Positions 31,498-41,053 of a DNA stretch of 64,000 bases are shown piece after piece. This DNA comes from Flavobacteriales bacterium (GTDB lineage Bacteria > Bacteroidota > Bacteroidia > Flavobacteriales_D > CAJJDF01): contig CBFHVI010000010.1 of assembly GCA_965658995.1 (NCBI GenBank), positions 4,581-68,580 on the forward strand, read 5' to 3'. The notes beneath the pieces were generated by a model. The model was given only the letters and a program-made list of their open reading frames with translations. It was not told the origin of the DNA and made no database searches. Numbering within the stretch: the first letter of the stretch is position 1; each line of letters opens with the position of its first letter. The position numbers were made by a program, and so were the translations under genes.

Positions 31498-33513
31498 ATG
31501 ACAAAATATGTAATACTACTTTTTCCTTTTTTATCCTTTTCACTTCTTGCTCAAGAACAGTGTGAACTTCCCGATAATGGGAAAGTGAAAAAATTGTACG
31601 AAAAGGCATTAGATAGAAAAAAAACAAAAGACCCAAAGAAAAGACTGGAGCTCATAAAAGAGGCAATTGAGGAGGAAGAAACCTGTGTACCTTGCTATTG
31701 GGAATTGGCAAAACGGAGCTATTCTGAGGCGAAATACAACAAGACTTCGTACGTCAAAGCAATAGAGTATTACAAGGAAGTTGAGGAGTTGTGTCCGAAT
31801 TTTCATTCGGATATTTATTACTATCTCGGACTGATGAATTATCAGGAGTCAAATTCAAAAGAGGCTGAAAAGTATTTCAAGAAGTTTGTTGAATTCAAAG
31901 ATAAAGATGACAGAAAGTTTGATAAATACTACCTAGACAAAAAGAAAGCTGCGGAAAGAGTCCTTCCAGAGCTTAATTTCAACAATACATTTTTCAACAA
32001 TCCTGTTCCGTTTTCTCCTGCAATAGTTGAAAATGTTTCAACGTCCGGTGAGGAATATTTACCAATGATTTCGGCCGATGATGAAAATTTGTTTTTTACT
32101 AGAGTTTATTCAAAAAAAGGACTCGGTGATATCGTTTCTACACGCATCGAGGAATTAGTTGTAGCAACAAGAAATGCACCGGATGAAAGTTTTGATGGTG
32201 GAGAGGCATTGCCCAAGCCATTCAATGTAGGGCAAAATTACGGGGGAGTTTCTATTTCGCTAAACAACAAAGAATTGTACTTGTGTGCTTGTAGCCAAGT
32301 TAATAACTACAACAATTGCGATATTTTTGTTTCCAATTATGAGTACAAAAAAAATGAGAAGACCGGAAAATATGAATATCACTGGAGTGAGTTACAGAAT
32401 TTGGGAGAGGAGATAAATGGTGAAACTACTTGGGAGGCTCAACCCTCTATCTCGGCTGACGGAAAAACACTTTACTTTGCCACGAGCCGACCCACTTCTG
32501 AGGGGATTGATATTTATTACTCTGAAAAACAAGAAAATGGAGAATGGGGAAAGGCCAAAACCATAGGGAGTATTATCAATACACCAGGAAATGACAAAGC
32601 GCCCTTTATGCATACCGACAGTAGAACGATTTACTTTGCCTCTCAAATTTCGGGAGACAGAAGAGGAGCAGGGGATTACGATATTTTCTTTTCTAAACAA
32701 GATGAAAATGGAACTTGGAGCGAACCAAAGAATCTGGGTTATCCTATAAATACCGCTCAAGCAGAAGATGGTCTTATTGTAAATATCACGGGTTCGACCG
32801 CTTATTTTTCTTCGGGGAGAATAAAAAATGGAGCTGGAGGAAAAGACATTTATTCCTTTGAATTACCCAAACAAGCCAAGCCAGACAAAGTAGTATTGAT
32901 GAAAGGTAACCTAGAAAATGAAAAAGGAGGAATAGTGAACGAGGCAACATTATCATTGAATTACCAGGATGAGTCAAAAAATAAAGAAATAGATATCGTG
33001 ACCGATGATGGAAGTTTTGCAGTAGCGATAAACATGGAAGAGGAAGAAAAAGTAGTGGTGACTTTAGAAAAGGAAGGAACGGCCTATCAATCCAGACTAA
33101 TAAGAAGCGAGGAAGCCAAAGGAGGAGTGATTAAGGGTCGTAACATTGAGGTGAAGTCTCTTACAAAAGGTCAGAGCTTCGATATTAAGGACATTGTGTT
33201 TGCGACCAACTCTTTTGAATTGAACGAAGATGCTCAATTTATTCTTACCAATTTTTTAGCTTATTTAAAAAAAAATCCAAGTATCTCGTTCCGTGTTGTG
33301 GGTCATACCGATGATATAGGTGATGCGAAAAAAAATCGAGTTTTGTCTGCAAACAGAGCCAATGCAGTAAAACAATTTTTAGAAAAAGGAGGAATCAGCT
33401 CCTTACGAATTTCTTCAATGGGAAAGGGTGAATCCACACCCAAAGTTCCCAATAATTCGGACGAAAACAGGCAAATAAACAGAAGAACTGAAATAATCGT
33501 TTTAAGTTTGTAG
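31498..33513 (+). CDS. OmpA-family protein with TolB-like PD40 beta-propeller repeats
   Basis: 671 aa; signal peptide; repeated PMISADDENLFFT / PSISADGKTLYFAT / APFMHTDSRTIYFAS; C-terminal OmpA domain VVGHTDDIGDAKKNRVLSANRANAV...NRRTEIIVL. Confidence 0.88.
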   Translation: MTKYVILLFPFLSFSLLAQEQCELPDNGKVKKLYEKALDRKKTKDPKKRLELIKEAIEEEETCVPCYWELAKRSYSEAKYNKTSYVKAIEYYKEVEELCPNFHSDIYYYLGLMNYQESNSKEAEKYFKKFVEFKDKDDRKFDKYYLDKKKAAERVLPELNFNNTFFNNPVPFSPAIVENVSTSGEEYLPMISADDENLFFTRVYSKKGLGDIVSTRIEELVVATRNAPDESFDGGEALPKPFNVGQNYGGVSISLNNKELYLCACSQVNNYNNCDIFVSNYEYKKNEKTGKYEYHWSELQNLGEEINGETTWEAQPSISADGKTLYFATSRPTSEGIDIYYSEKQENGEWGKAKTIGSIINTPGNDKAPFMHTDSRTIYFASQISGDRRGAGDYDIFFSKQDENGTWSEPKNLGYPINTAQAEDGLIVNITGSTAYFSSGRIKNGAGGKDIYSFELPKQAKPDKVVLMKGNLENEKGGIVNEATLSLNYQDESKNKEIDIVTDDGSFAVAINMEEEEKVVVTLEKEGTAYQSRLIRSEEAKGGVIKGRNIEVKSLTKGQSFDIKDIVFATNSFELNEDAQFILTNFLAYLKKNPSISFRVVGHTDDIGDAKKNRVLSANRANAVKQFLEKGGISSLRISSMGKGESTPKVPNNSDENRQINRRTEIIVLSL

Positions 33514-34290
33514 ATGAACGAAAATGAATTGTCCGATTTTTTGAATGCCAAAACGATGGAATACAACAATCCTCGTTTTATCGAAAGTGACCCTATTAGT
33601 ATTCCGCATCAATTTTCCAAAAAAGAAGATATTGAAATAGCTGGGCTTTTGGCAGCAACTATCGCTTGGGGACAAAGAAAAACAATCATAACTAATGCGA
33701 ATAAAATGATTGAGCTAATGGATTTTTCCCCTCATGAATTTGTCATGAATCATGAGAAATCTGATTTAGTTCGTTTTGATTCATTTAAGCACAGAACATT
33801 TAATTCCGATGATTTAATATATTTTATCACCGCTCTGCGGCATATTTACTTAATTCATGGAGGAATAGAAAAAGGATTTTCTAAAGGGTTGACGGAGCAC
33901 TCCACAGATTGTTCAGGAGCTATCGAACATTTTCGATTACTATTTTTTGAACTCGCTTTAGAAAAAAATCATCGAACCCAGAAACATGTGTCTAGCCCTA
34001 AAAAAGGATCTGCTTCCAAGCGGTTGGTTATGTATTTGAGATGGATGACACGAAAAGACAATTGCGGAGTAGATTTTGGATTATGGAAATCCATTTCGCC
34101 TGGCATACTGTCGTGCCCTCTTGATGTTCACTCTGGAAATGTTGCAAGAAAACTAGGTCTACTGTCAAGAACTCAAAATGACTGGAAAGCCGTAAGAGAA
34201 TTGGACAAAATTTTAAGAAAAATGGACCCTAACGATCCAGCAAAATATGATTTTGCCTTATTTGGATTAGGTGTTTTCGAAGGTTTTTAG
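33514..34290 (+). CDS. TIGR02757 (DUF2400) family protein
   Basis: 258 aa; FIESDPISIPHQF, IAGLLAATIAWGQRKTII, LDVHSGNVARKLGLL. Start abuts the previous stop. Confidence 0.75.
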   Translation: MNENELSDFLNAKTMEYNNPRFIESDPISIPHQFSKKEDIEIAGLLAATIAWGQRKTIITNANKMIELMDFSPHEFVMNHEKSDLVRFDSFKHRTFNSDDLIYFITALRHIYLIHGGIEKGFSKGLTEHSTDCSGAIEHFRLLFFELALEKNHRTQKHVSSPKKGSASKRLVMYLRWMTRKDNCGVDFGLWKSISPGILSCPLDVHSGNVARKLGLLSRTQNDWKAVRELDKILRKMDPNDPAKYDFALFGLGVFEGF

Positions 34291-34353
34291 AATTACGGGT
34301 ATTTTAATACAAAAATCAATTTATTCCGATTGATTTTATAAGGGTGTATAAAT

Positions 34354-34386
34354 AAAACAAACCGATATCAAGCATCGGTTTGTTTT
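34354..34386. terminator. bidirectional terminator between convergent genes
   Basis: AAAACAAACCGAT (34354-34366), loop ATCAAGC, ATCGGTTTGTTTT (34374-34386). The A/T-rich arms give a U-tract on either strand. Confidence 0.7.
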
Positions 34387-34405
34387 AAGAATTAGAAGTA
34401 ATTAA

Positions 34406-34804
34406 TTATTTCTTTTGAAAATGAGTTTGGTAATTATCAGAATCTTTCACCCACATTTCTTTGTTCTTTAATTTTAAGATTGTTTCAGCTTGTGTATCAA
34501 ATCCATCAATAGAAATCTGAATTTTCTCTTTATTATCGATCAATTCCCATGAAAATTGAATATCACCAGTGAAAGAAGAAGATGAAATCTTTCCGGTATT
34601 ATCCTTTTCAAAAGTATAAACCAGATCGTAATCGGTGTCAATTGTTCCATCAGGTTCAATTGTTTTTTCTATCGTCCATTCTCCTGTGATTCTTGCTTTT
34701 TTGGTTAATAATGATATTGCTGGTCCTTCTTCATATTTACATGATGTAGATCCCAAGACCATTACTACTGCTAATAACAGTGTTGTTAGTTTTAATGCTT
34801 TCAT
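34406..34804 (-). CDS. small lipoprotein, lipocalin-like (hypothetical)
   Basis: 132 aa; lipobox VLGSTSC; the ITGEWTIEKT motif resembles lipocalin-like domains of Bacteroidota. Confidence 0.6.
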   Translation of the reverse strand: MKALKLTTLLLAVVMVLGSTSCKYEEGPAISLLTKKARITGEWTIEKTIEPDGTIDTDYDLVYTFEKDNTGKISSSSFTGDIQFSWELIDNKEKIQISIDGFDTQAETILKLKNKEMWVKDSDNYQTHFQKK

Positions 34805-35013
34805 TTATTTTAATTTAAGGTTTGTTAAAGTTAGTTAGAATTTAATAATCACCCAAATATTTCAAAATAATTCAATAAATCTATCTGCAGCAAATTGTCT
34901 TACAATGAGTATATTTTATTCTGAAGAACTAATTTTCTCTATGTATTCTCAAGAAGATGGTGATAAATAAATACTAATTCCAAAATGGAATTTAAAATAA
35001 TTGTTAAAAAATG

Positions 35014-35021
35014 TACCTTTG
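35014..35021 (+). promoter_or_regulatory. candidate -7 box (TACCTTTG) immediately upstream of priA
   Basis: Matches TAnnTTTG and ends 7 nt before the ATG. If used, it would give a very short or absent leader. Confidence 0.25.
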
Positions 35022-35028
35022 AATTCCT

Positions 35029-37488
35029 ATGACAACACGTTTAACCTTATTTGTGGATGTAATTTTACCGTTGCCCATACCTTATTTGTTTACCTACCGA
35101 GTTCCGGTAAAACTGAATGAAAAGGTTGAGGTGGGGAAAAGGGCTGTTGTTCAATTTGGTAAGAAAAAATTATATTCAGGTCTCATTTCGGCAATTCATT
35201 CTACCCCTCCTCAAGCATATCAGGCAAAATATCTTGACTCCATTTTGGATGACGAGCCAGTTGTGAATAACTCACAATTAACATTTTGGGACTGGATAAG
35301 CAATTATTATCTGTGTACGATAGGTGAGGTAATGAATGCTGCTCTTCCTACGGGTTTAAAATTGGTGAGTAAAACTAAAATAATTAGAAACGAGGAGATT
35401 TCCATTTCACCCGAAGAACTGACCGACATAGAGTACTTGGTTCTAGAAGCCCTTGATATTAGAAACATACTGGAAATGAGCGAGGTAGATTCTATTGTCT
35501 CAAGTAGTTCGAGTTATACAGTGATTAAATCGTTGCTGGAGAAAAATGCAGTAATTGTAGCTGAGCAGCTCAAAGAAAAATACAAGCCGAAGGTAGAAAA
35601 GTATGTTCAACTTCCTTCTCATTTTACAGATCACAAGGTGAGAGAAGCTTTTGACTCTTTAGAAAAAGCCCCTAAGCAGTTGGAGGCTTTTATGATCTTT
35701 TTGCAGCTAAAGAAAGAGTCAGATAGTATCCCCAAAAAAAAACTTATTCGATTGGCCAACACAAGTTCCTCTATCGTAAAACAACTCATCTTGAAGGGGT
35801 TTTTGGATGAAGTATCTAAAGAGGAATCCAGAATCGAGTCGAAACTAATTGAAGAAGAAATAGATTCGCTTTCGTCAGCACAAGAAGTAGCATTGAGAGA
35901 AATAAAAAGTTTTTTTGAAAAGGACAAAACAGTGTTGCTTCACGGAGTGACAGGAAGCGGAAAAACTGAAATATACATTCAACTAATCCAAGAGGAACTT
36001 GAAAAAGGAAATCAAGTCCTGTATTTGTTGCCAGAAATTGCTTTGACAACCCAAATTATCTCCAGGTTAAGAAAGAAATTTGGAGACAAAGTTGGAATCT
36101 ATCATTCGAAATACAATTCTCAAGAACGAGTGGAAGTCTGGAATGAATTATTGAAAAAAGAAAAGAGCAGATTTCAGATCATTATTGGAGCACGTTCTGC
36201 CATTTTTCTGCCATTTTATCGATTAGGGCTTACGATAGTAGATGAAGAGCATGATGCTTCTTACAAGCAGCAAGATCCTGCTCCTCGATATCAAGGTCGT
36301 GATGCTTCTTTGTACTTATCGAGTATTCATGGGGCTCGGGTATTGCTCGGTTCGGCTACTCCATCTATCGAGTCCTACTGGAACGCAACCGAAGACAAAT
36401 TCGGATTAGTAGAAGTGACAGAGCGATTTGGAGAGGTGAAACTTCCAGAGATTATGCTATCGGACTTGAAAGAGGCGACCAAGAAAAAAAAGATGAAATC
36501 TCATTTTTCTCAATTCCTTATCGATCAAATGCAACATTATTTGACTAACAAAGAACAAATCATTCTGTTTCAAAATAGAAGAGGGTATAATCCTTCGTGG
36601 TTGTGCGAGAGTTGTGGGTGGGTACCTCAGTGCAAGAATTGCGACATAAGTTTGACGTATCATAAATATACCCACTACCAAAAATGTCATTACTGCGGAT
36701 ATACAGAAAAACCCATTACCAAATGCAAAGCTTGTGGAAGCAATACGTTAAAAATGCAAGGTTTTGGGACAGAGAAAATTGAGGAAGATTTGTCGCTTTA
36801 TTTTCCAACAAGTGCTGTCAAAAGGATGGATTATGATACCACACGTAACAAAAATGGCTACCAGCACATAATTGACGACTTTGAACAAGGAGCAATCGAT
36901 ATTTTGGTTGGAACCCAAATGGTAACCAAAGGTCTTGACTTTGATAATGTAGGGATGGTTGGAGTGCTTAATGCAGATAGTTTGTTGCATTACCCTGATT
37001 TCAGATCGTTTGAGCGTTCATTTCAGTTGCTTACTCAAGTTGCGGGGAGAGCAGGAAGAAAGACGAAGCAAGGAAAAGTAATCATTCAAACTTATTCGAC
37101 AGATCACCCAGTAATTGAACGGGTAATCGAAAACGACTATGTAGGAATGTACCATCAAGAAATTGAAGAAAGGGAGAAATATGGGTACCCTCCGTTTTAT
37201 AGATTAATAAAACTCACCGTGAAACACAGAGAACGCAATCGTTCTGCCGAAGCTGCCAAAGAGTTAGGTAAGCTACTGAGAAAGCAACTTGGCGGAAGGG
37301 TGTTGGGACCAGAAACTCCAGCAATTTCCCGAATAAAAAACTTATACATCAATCAGCTTATGGTCAAGTTTGAAAGGAAGATTTCCCCGGTAAAACTCAA
37401 AGAGTTTATCCGCGAAACGGTGGGTAAATTCTCCAATCAACCTCATTTCAAATCTGTGAGGATTGTAGTGGACGTGGATTTTTATTAA
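35029..37488 (+). CDS. priA: primosomal replication-restart helicase PriA
   Basis: 819 aa; FVDVILPLPIPYLFTYRVP, Walker A LHGVTGSGKTE, DEEHD box, Cys-rich zinc region CESCGWVPQCKNCDISLTYH...CHYCGY...CKACGS. Confidence 0.95.
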   Translation: MTTRLTLFVDVILPLPIPYLFTYRVPVKLNEKVEVGKRAVVQFGKKKLYSGLISAIHSTPPQAYQAKYLDSILDDEPVVNNSQLTFWDWISNYYLCTIGEVMNAALPTGLKLVSKTKIIRNEEISISPEELTDIEYLVLEALDIRNILEMSEVDSIVSSSSSYTVIKSLLEKNAVIVAEQLKEKYKPKVEKYVQLPSHFTDHKVREAFDSLEKAPKQLEAFMIFLQLKKESDSIPKKKLIRLANTSSSIVKQLILKGFLDEVSKEESRIESKLIEEEIDSLSSAQEVALREIKSFFEKDKTVLLHGVTGSGKTEIYIQLIQEELEKGNQVLYLLPEIALTTQIISRLRKKFGDKVGIYHSKYNSQERVEVWNELLKKEKSRFQIIIGARSAIFLPFYRLGLTIVDEEHDASYKQQDPAPRYQGRDASLYLSSIHGARVLLGSATPSIESYWNATEDKFGLVEVTERFGEVKLPEIMLSDLKEATKKKKMKSHFSQFLIDQMQHYLTNKEQIILFQNRRGYNPSWLCESCGWVPQCKNCDISLTYHKYTHYQKCHYCGYTEKPITKCKACGSNTLKMQGFGTEKIEEDLSLYFPTSAVKRMDYDTTRNKNGYQHIIDDFEQGAIDILVGTQMVTKGLDFDNVGMVGVLNADSLLHYPDFRSFERSFQLLTQVAGRAGRKTKQGKVIIQTYSTDHPVIERVIENDYVGMYHQEIEEREKYGYPPFYRLIKLTVKHRERNRSAEAAKELGKLLRKQLGGRVLGPETPAISRIKNLYINQLMVKFERKISPVKLKEFIRETVGKFSNQPHFKSVRIVVDVDFY

Positions 37489-37593
37489 GGAATTAGTAAT
37501 CGGGTAGTCAATCAGTGCGGATAATGTTGGTTTTAAAAGTCATTAATTGTAATTTCATGAATCATAATTCGTCCAAAAGAAAAACAACATTAC

Positions 37594-38382
37594 ATGAATT
37601 TTCACATAAAAAAAATGAATACCTCATACCAAAATGAGGTGGTAGATTATTACTTAGGAGAAGAGCAACTTCATGTAAATGAGATGATTGGAAGGGAAGT
37701 AGAATTCAATTATTTGGGCGAGATTAATTGCATCGTTTGCGGTAAGCGAACTAAAACAAGTTTTGGTCAGGGATTTTGTTACAACCATTTCATGAACGCT
37801 CCACAAGCATCTCCGTGTATTATTCGTCCAGAATTGTGCGAAGCTCACTTAGGAAAAGGAAGAGATGCAGAATGGGAAGAAAAACATCACAATGTGCCGC
37901 ATTATGTGTATTTGGCGGTTTCGAGTGCAGTAAAAGTAGGAATTACCAATGGTAAAAATTTACCTTACCGATGGATTGACCAAGGAGCCAGTTCGGGAAT
38001 TATTTTGGCTGAGGTTCCTTACCGAAGATTGGCAGGAGAAATGGAGGTAGCACTCAAGGAGCATTTTACCGACAAAACAAATTGGCGAAAAATGCTGACC
38101 AACCAAGTGATAACGGACATAGATTTAGAAGAGATAAAATGGGAATTAGAAGAGTCATTGCCGAGTGATTTGAGCCAATATTTATCCGAAGAAGATGAAG
38201 TCACGAAGATTAACTATCCTGTATTGAAATATCCTACGAAGGTAACGAGCATAAACCTCGAGAAAGTTCCTCAATTTAGAAAAAAGCTGATGGGTGTGAA
38301 GGGACAATACTTTTTGTTTGATGACAATTCGGTGATTAACATCAGAAAATATACGGGTTACAACCTTGAAATAAACTTTTAG
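37594..38382 (+). CDS. DUF2797-family protein (Cys-rich)
   Basis: 262 aa; CIVCGKRTKTSFGQGFCYNHF...SPCIIRPELCEAH, HYVYLAVSSAVKVGIT. An alternative ATG lies 21 nt downstream. Confidence 0.7.
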   Translation: MNFHIKKMNTSYQNEVVDYYLGEEQLHVNEMIGREVEFNYLGEINCIVCGKRTKTSFGQGFCYNHFMNAPQASPCIIRPELCEAHLGKGRDAEWEEKHHNVPHYVYLAVSSAVKVGITNGKNLPYRWIDQGASSGIILAEVPYRRLAGEMEVALKEHFTDKTNWRKMLTNQVITDIDLEEIKWELEESLPSDLSQYLSEEDEVTKINYPVLKYPTKVTSINLEKVPQFRKKLMGVKGQYFLFDDNSVINIRKYTGYNLEINF

Positions 38383-38384
38383 GA

Positions 38385-38615
38385 ATGCCAAAACTAGAAA
38401 TCTCTATTGATGTACAGAACCCAGATGAGATAATTGCAAAAGAAAAAGGGGCTCTTATTGGGTTTGCCTCCAAATTGTTTTCGAAAGAAAAAAGAAGAGA
38501 AAAGGTAGAGCAAGAAATCTATTTGGCTCTGCAAGAAGAGCTTGGAACCAGTTTGGCAAAACAATTGAAAGAGCGAGGAATTGAATCTGAGGTAAAAGTA
38601 GAATTAAAAGATTAG
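38385..38615 (+). CDS. small charged hypothetical protein
   Basis: 76-aa K/E-rich ORF starting 2 nt after the DUF2797 stop. Confidence 0.45.
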   Translation: MPKLEISIDVQNPDEIIAKEKGALIGFASKLFSKEKRREKVEQEIYLALQEELGTSLAKQLKERGIESEVKVELKD

Positions 38616-38752
38616 AAAGAAATTAACCCTGCGAAACAATCCGATAAAAAATCGGAATACTTAGGGTACAGATATAAGAGTACAAATTGCGGTCTGAGGA
38701 ATTTTACAAAATAAAATTGCCTTGAAGACCCATTCATGAAATTCAAGACATT

Positions 38753-39430
38753 ATGCCACATTTATCTCCAGATTTTTTAGAATTCTTTAAGGAATTAGCT
38801 CCAAACAACAACAAAGATTGGTTTGATGAAAACCGAGCGCGCTACCACGAAAGCGTAAAAAAACCTTTTGAAGATTTCGTAACTGCGGTGATTAACGAAA
38901 TGCGCAAAATGGATAATTCGTTAACTATCACTTACAAAGACTGTATTTTCAGAATTAATCGGGATATCCGATTTTCGAAAGACAAATCGCCCTATAAATT
39001 AAACCGTTCGGCCTTTATTTCTAACAAAGGGAAAAAAGAAAAAGCTGTGCCAGGATTGTATTTTGAATTAACCCCAGAACACGCCAGAGTTTACACAGGC
39101 GTTTATCAGCCCGACAAAGATCAATTGTATGCAGTTCGCGAAGAAATAGCAGAAAATCTAAAGAAATTTCAAACGATCATTTCTGAGAAAAAATTCAAGA
39201 AAACCTTTGGTGACATTTTGGGAGATAAAAATGCAAGAATCCCCAAGAAATTTCACGAAGCAGCCGAGAAACAACCGTTGATCTACAACAAACAATTTTA
39301 TGTGTACACCACTTTTGAACCAGAGGAAATGTTGAAAGAAGGTTTTGAAAAGAAGATAGTGGAAGCGTATAAAATTGCCGAACCCTTGGCCGGTTTTTTA
39401 AAGAAGCCTATTGAGAATTTGAGAGGATAA
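38753..39430 (+). CDS. DUF2461 (TIGR02453) family protein
   Basis: 225 aa; FFKELAPNNNKDWFDENRARY, RINRDIRFSKDKSPYK, PGLYFELTPE. Confidence 0.8.
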   Translation: MPHLSPDFLEFFKELAPNNNKDWFDENRARYHESVKKPFEDFVTAVINEMRKMDNSLTITYKDCIFRINRDIRFSKDKSPYKLNRSAFISNKGKKEKAVPGLYFELTPEHARVYTGVYQPDKDQLYAVREEIAENLKKFQTIISEKKFKKTFGDILGDKNARIPKKFHEAAEKQPLIYNKQFYVYTTFEPEEMLKEGFEKKIVEAYKIAEPLAGFLKKPIENLRG

Positions 39431-39436
39431 GTTATG

Positions 39437-39518
39437 AAAGAATATCATTCCTGCGAAGGCAGGAATCTGCGAGTTGGAATGATTCTTTAGTGAAGACTCC
39501 TGCCTTCGCAGGAATGAC
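39437..39518. repeat. composite palindromic element: two inverted copies of a GC-rich hairpin unit plus an outer imperfect inverted repeat
   Basis: Copy 1 is CATTCCTGCGAAGGCAGGA (39446-39464), itself a hairpin ATTCCTGC-GAAG-GCAGGAAT. Copy 2 (39498-39516) is its exact reverse complement over 19 nt. In addition, AAAGAATATCATTCC (39437-39451) pairs with GGAATGATTCTTT (39476-39488). Confidence 0.75.
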
Positions 39519-39574
39519 AAAATAGAGGTGTTTAATTAAATAAATCGTAAATTCGCACAACAAAAAGAAATAAA

Positions 39575-40786
39575 ATGAACGCATACATACTAGACGCAAT
39601 ACGTACTCCAATTGGAAATTTTACAGGAACACTTTCTACCATTCGCCCAGACGATATGGGAGCTTTGGTGATTGAAGAATTAATGAACAGAAATTCTTCT
39701 ATCCCCAAAGAAGATGTGGAAGACGTAATTTTTGGCTGTGCCAACCAAGCAGGAGAAGACAACCGAAATGTAGCTCGAATGAGCGGTTTGTTGGCTGGCT
39801 TGCCTTTTTCGGTGCCAGGCGAAACTGTGAATAGATTGTGTGCCTCAGGAATGAGTGCGGTTGTCCATGCCCAAAGAGCCATAAACAACGGAGAAGGAGA
39901 TTTGTATGTAACAGGTGGAGTAGAAAACATGACTCGAGGACCTTGGGTAATTTCCAAAGTATCGCAACCCTTTGGAAGAGATGCACAAATGCACGATTCT
40001 AGTTTTGGATGGAGATTTGTAAATCCAAAAATGAAAGAACTATATGGAACTCACGGAATGGGTGAAACTGCCGAAAACTTGGTAGAGAAATACAACATTT
40101 CTCGTGAAGACCAAGATAAATTTGCCTTGTGGTCGCAACAGAAAGCAACTAAAGCACAAGAAAATGGTAGATTTGCACAAGAGATTGTGACAGTTGAAAT
40201 TCCTCAAAGAAAAAAAGACCCTATCCAATTTGCGAAAGATGAATTTGTAAAACCAAATTCTTCGGCTGAGGTATTGGCAAAACTGAGACCTGCTTTCAAA
40301 AAAGAAGGAGGTTCGGTTACTGCCGGAAACTCGTCTGGATTGAATGATGGAGCTGCGGCTTTGTTAGTTGTTTCGGAGGAGTATGTAAAAAAGAATAACC
40401 TAAAACCCTTGACAAGAATTGTTTCTTCAGCAGTAGTTGGGGTAGAACCAAGAATCATGGGGATTGGTCCTGTGGGCGCAACCCACAAAGCACTAAAAAG
40501 AGCTGGACTAACCTTAGAGGATATGGATATTATAGAGCTAAACGAAGCATTTGCAGCACAAGCTTTGGCTTGCACACGCGAGCTAGGACTTGCTGATAAC
40601 GACCCAAGAATTAACCCAAACGGAGGAGCGATTGCCATAGGTCATCCATTAGGAATGACTGGAGCAAGATTGCTACAAACTGCCTCCATCGAATTGAATA
40701 AAACTGGCAAGAAATACGCCTTGTGCACGATGTGCATTGGAGTAGGACAGGGGTACGCAACCATTATAGAAAACGTAAATTTGTAA
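39575..40786 (+). CDS. acetyl-CoA C-acyltransferase (thiolase)
   Basis: 403 aa; NRLCASGMSAV (active-site Cys), GNSSGLNDGAAA, NPNGGAIAIGHPLGMTGAR, CIGVGQG. Confidence 0.93.
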   Translation: MNAYILDAIRTPIGNFTGTLSTIRPDDMGALVIEELMNRNSSIPKEDVEDVIFGCANQAGEDNRNVARMSGLLAGLPFSVPGETVNRLCASGMSAVVHAQRAINNGEGDLYVTGGVENMTRGPWVISKVSQPFGRDAQMHDSSFGWRFVNPKMKELYGTHGMGETAENLVEKYNISREDQDKFALWSQQKATKAQENGRFAQEIVTVEIPQRKKDPIQFAKDEFVKPNSSAEVLAKLRPAFKKEGGSVTAGNSSGLNDGAAALLVVSEEYVKKNNLKPLTRIVSSAVVGVEPRIMGIGPVGATHKALKRAGLTLEDMDIIELNEAFAAQALACTRELGLADNDPRINPNGGAIAIGHPLGMTGARLLQTASIELNKTGKKYALCTMCIGVGQGYATIIENVNL

Positions 40787-41053
40787 AACCTTTTTTTTCA
40801 AATACATACTTTTTGCAGAAATGAGGACTGAAGGTTTTTAAGAATTAGCAATAAGGTGCGGAGTTGTGGCAGGAGCGAGTATGGGTAAAAACTTATTGTG
40901 GTTTGTCCTTCTTCAGGACAAAATTTCCCAAAAAGCTTCTTGATTTTTTTGTTCTTTTGTATCAAGACAAAGGGACAAGGAGAATAAGCTCAGAGATTTG
41001 ACTATGACAATTTAGAATTAAATAAAAAACAGAATACTTAGAAATAGTTAACA

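Noticed and set aside
38626-38667. Nested hairpin ACCCT..TCCGAT-AAAAA-ATCGGA..AGGGT after the 76-aa ORF, considered as a terminator or ncRNA
   Set aside because: No U-tract follows on either strand and I saw no second copy. It is mentioned under the DUF2797 finding but not called as a feature.
39532-40638. Long antisense ORFs opposite the thiolase gene (39532-39957, 39699-39986, 40204-40638; 95-144 aa)
   Set aside because: They lie entirely within a gene with unmistakable thiolase motifs on the other strand. Their translations are low-complexity and unlike real proteins, so these are shadow ORFs.
40900-41010. FMN-riboswitch-like fragment upstream of ribE (TCTTCAGGACAAAATTTCCC recalls the RFN 5' strand TCTTCAGGGCAGGGTGAAATTCCC)
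   Set aside because: As I remember the RFN consensus, the other conserved core segments (ACCGGCGGT..., ...CCGACAG..., and a closing GAAGA that pairs with the 5' strand) are absent, and the region is too short. More simply, it holds two local hairpins: TTTGTCC/GGACAAA and CTTGAT/ATCAAG. An Infernal scan would settle it.
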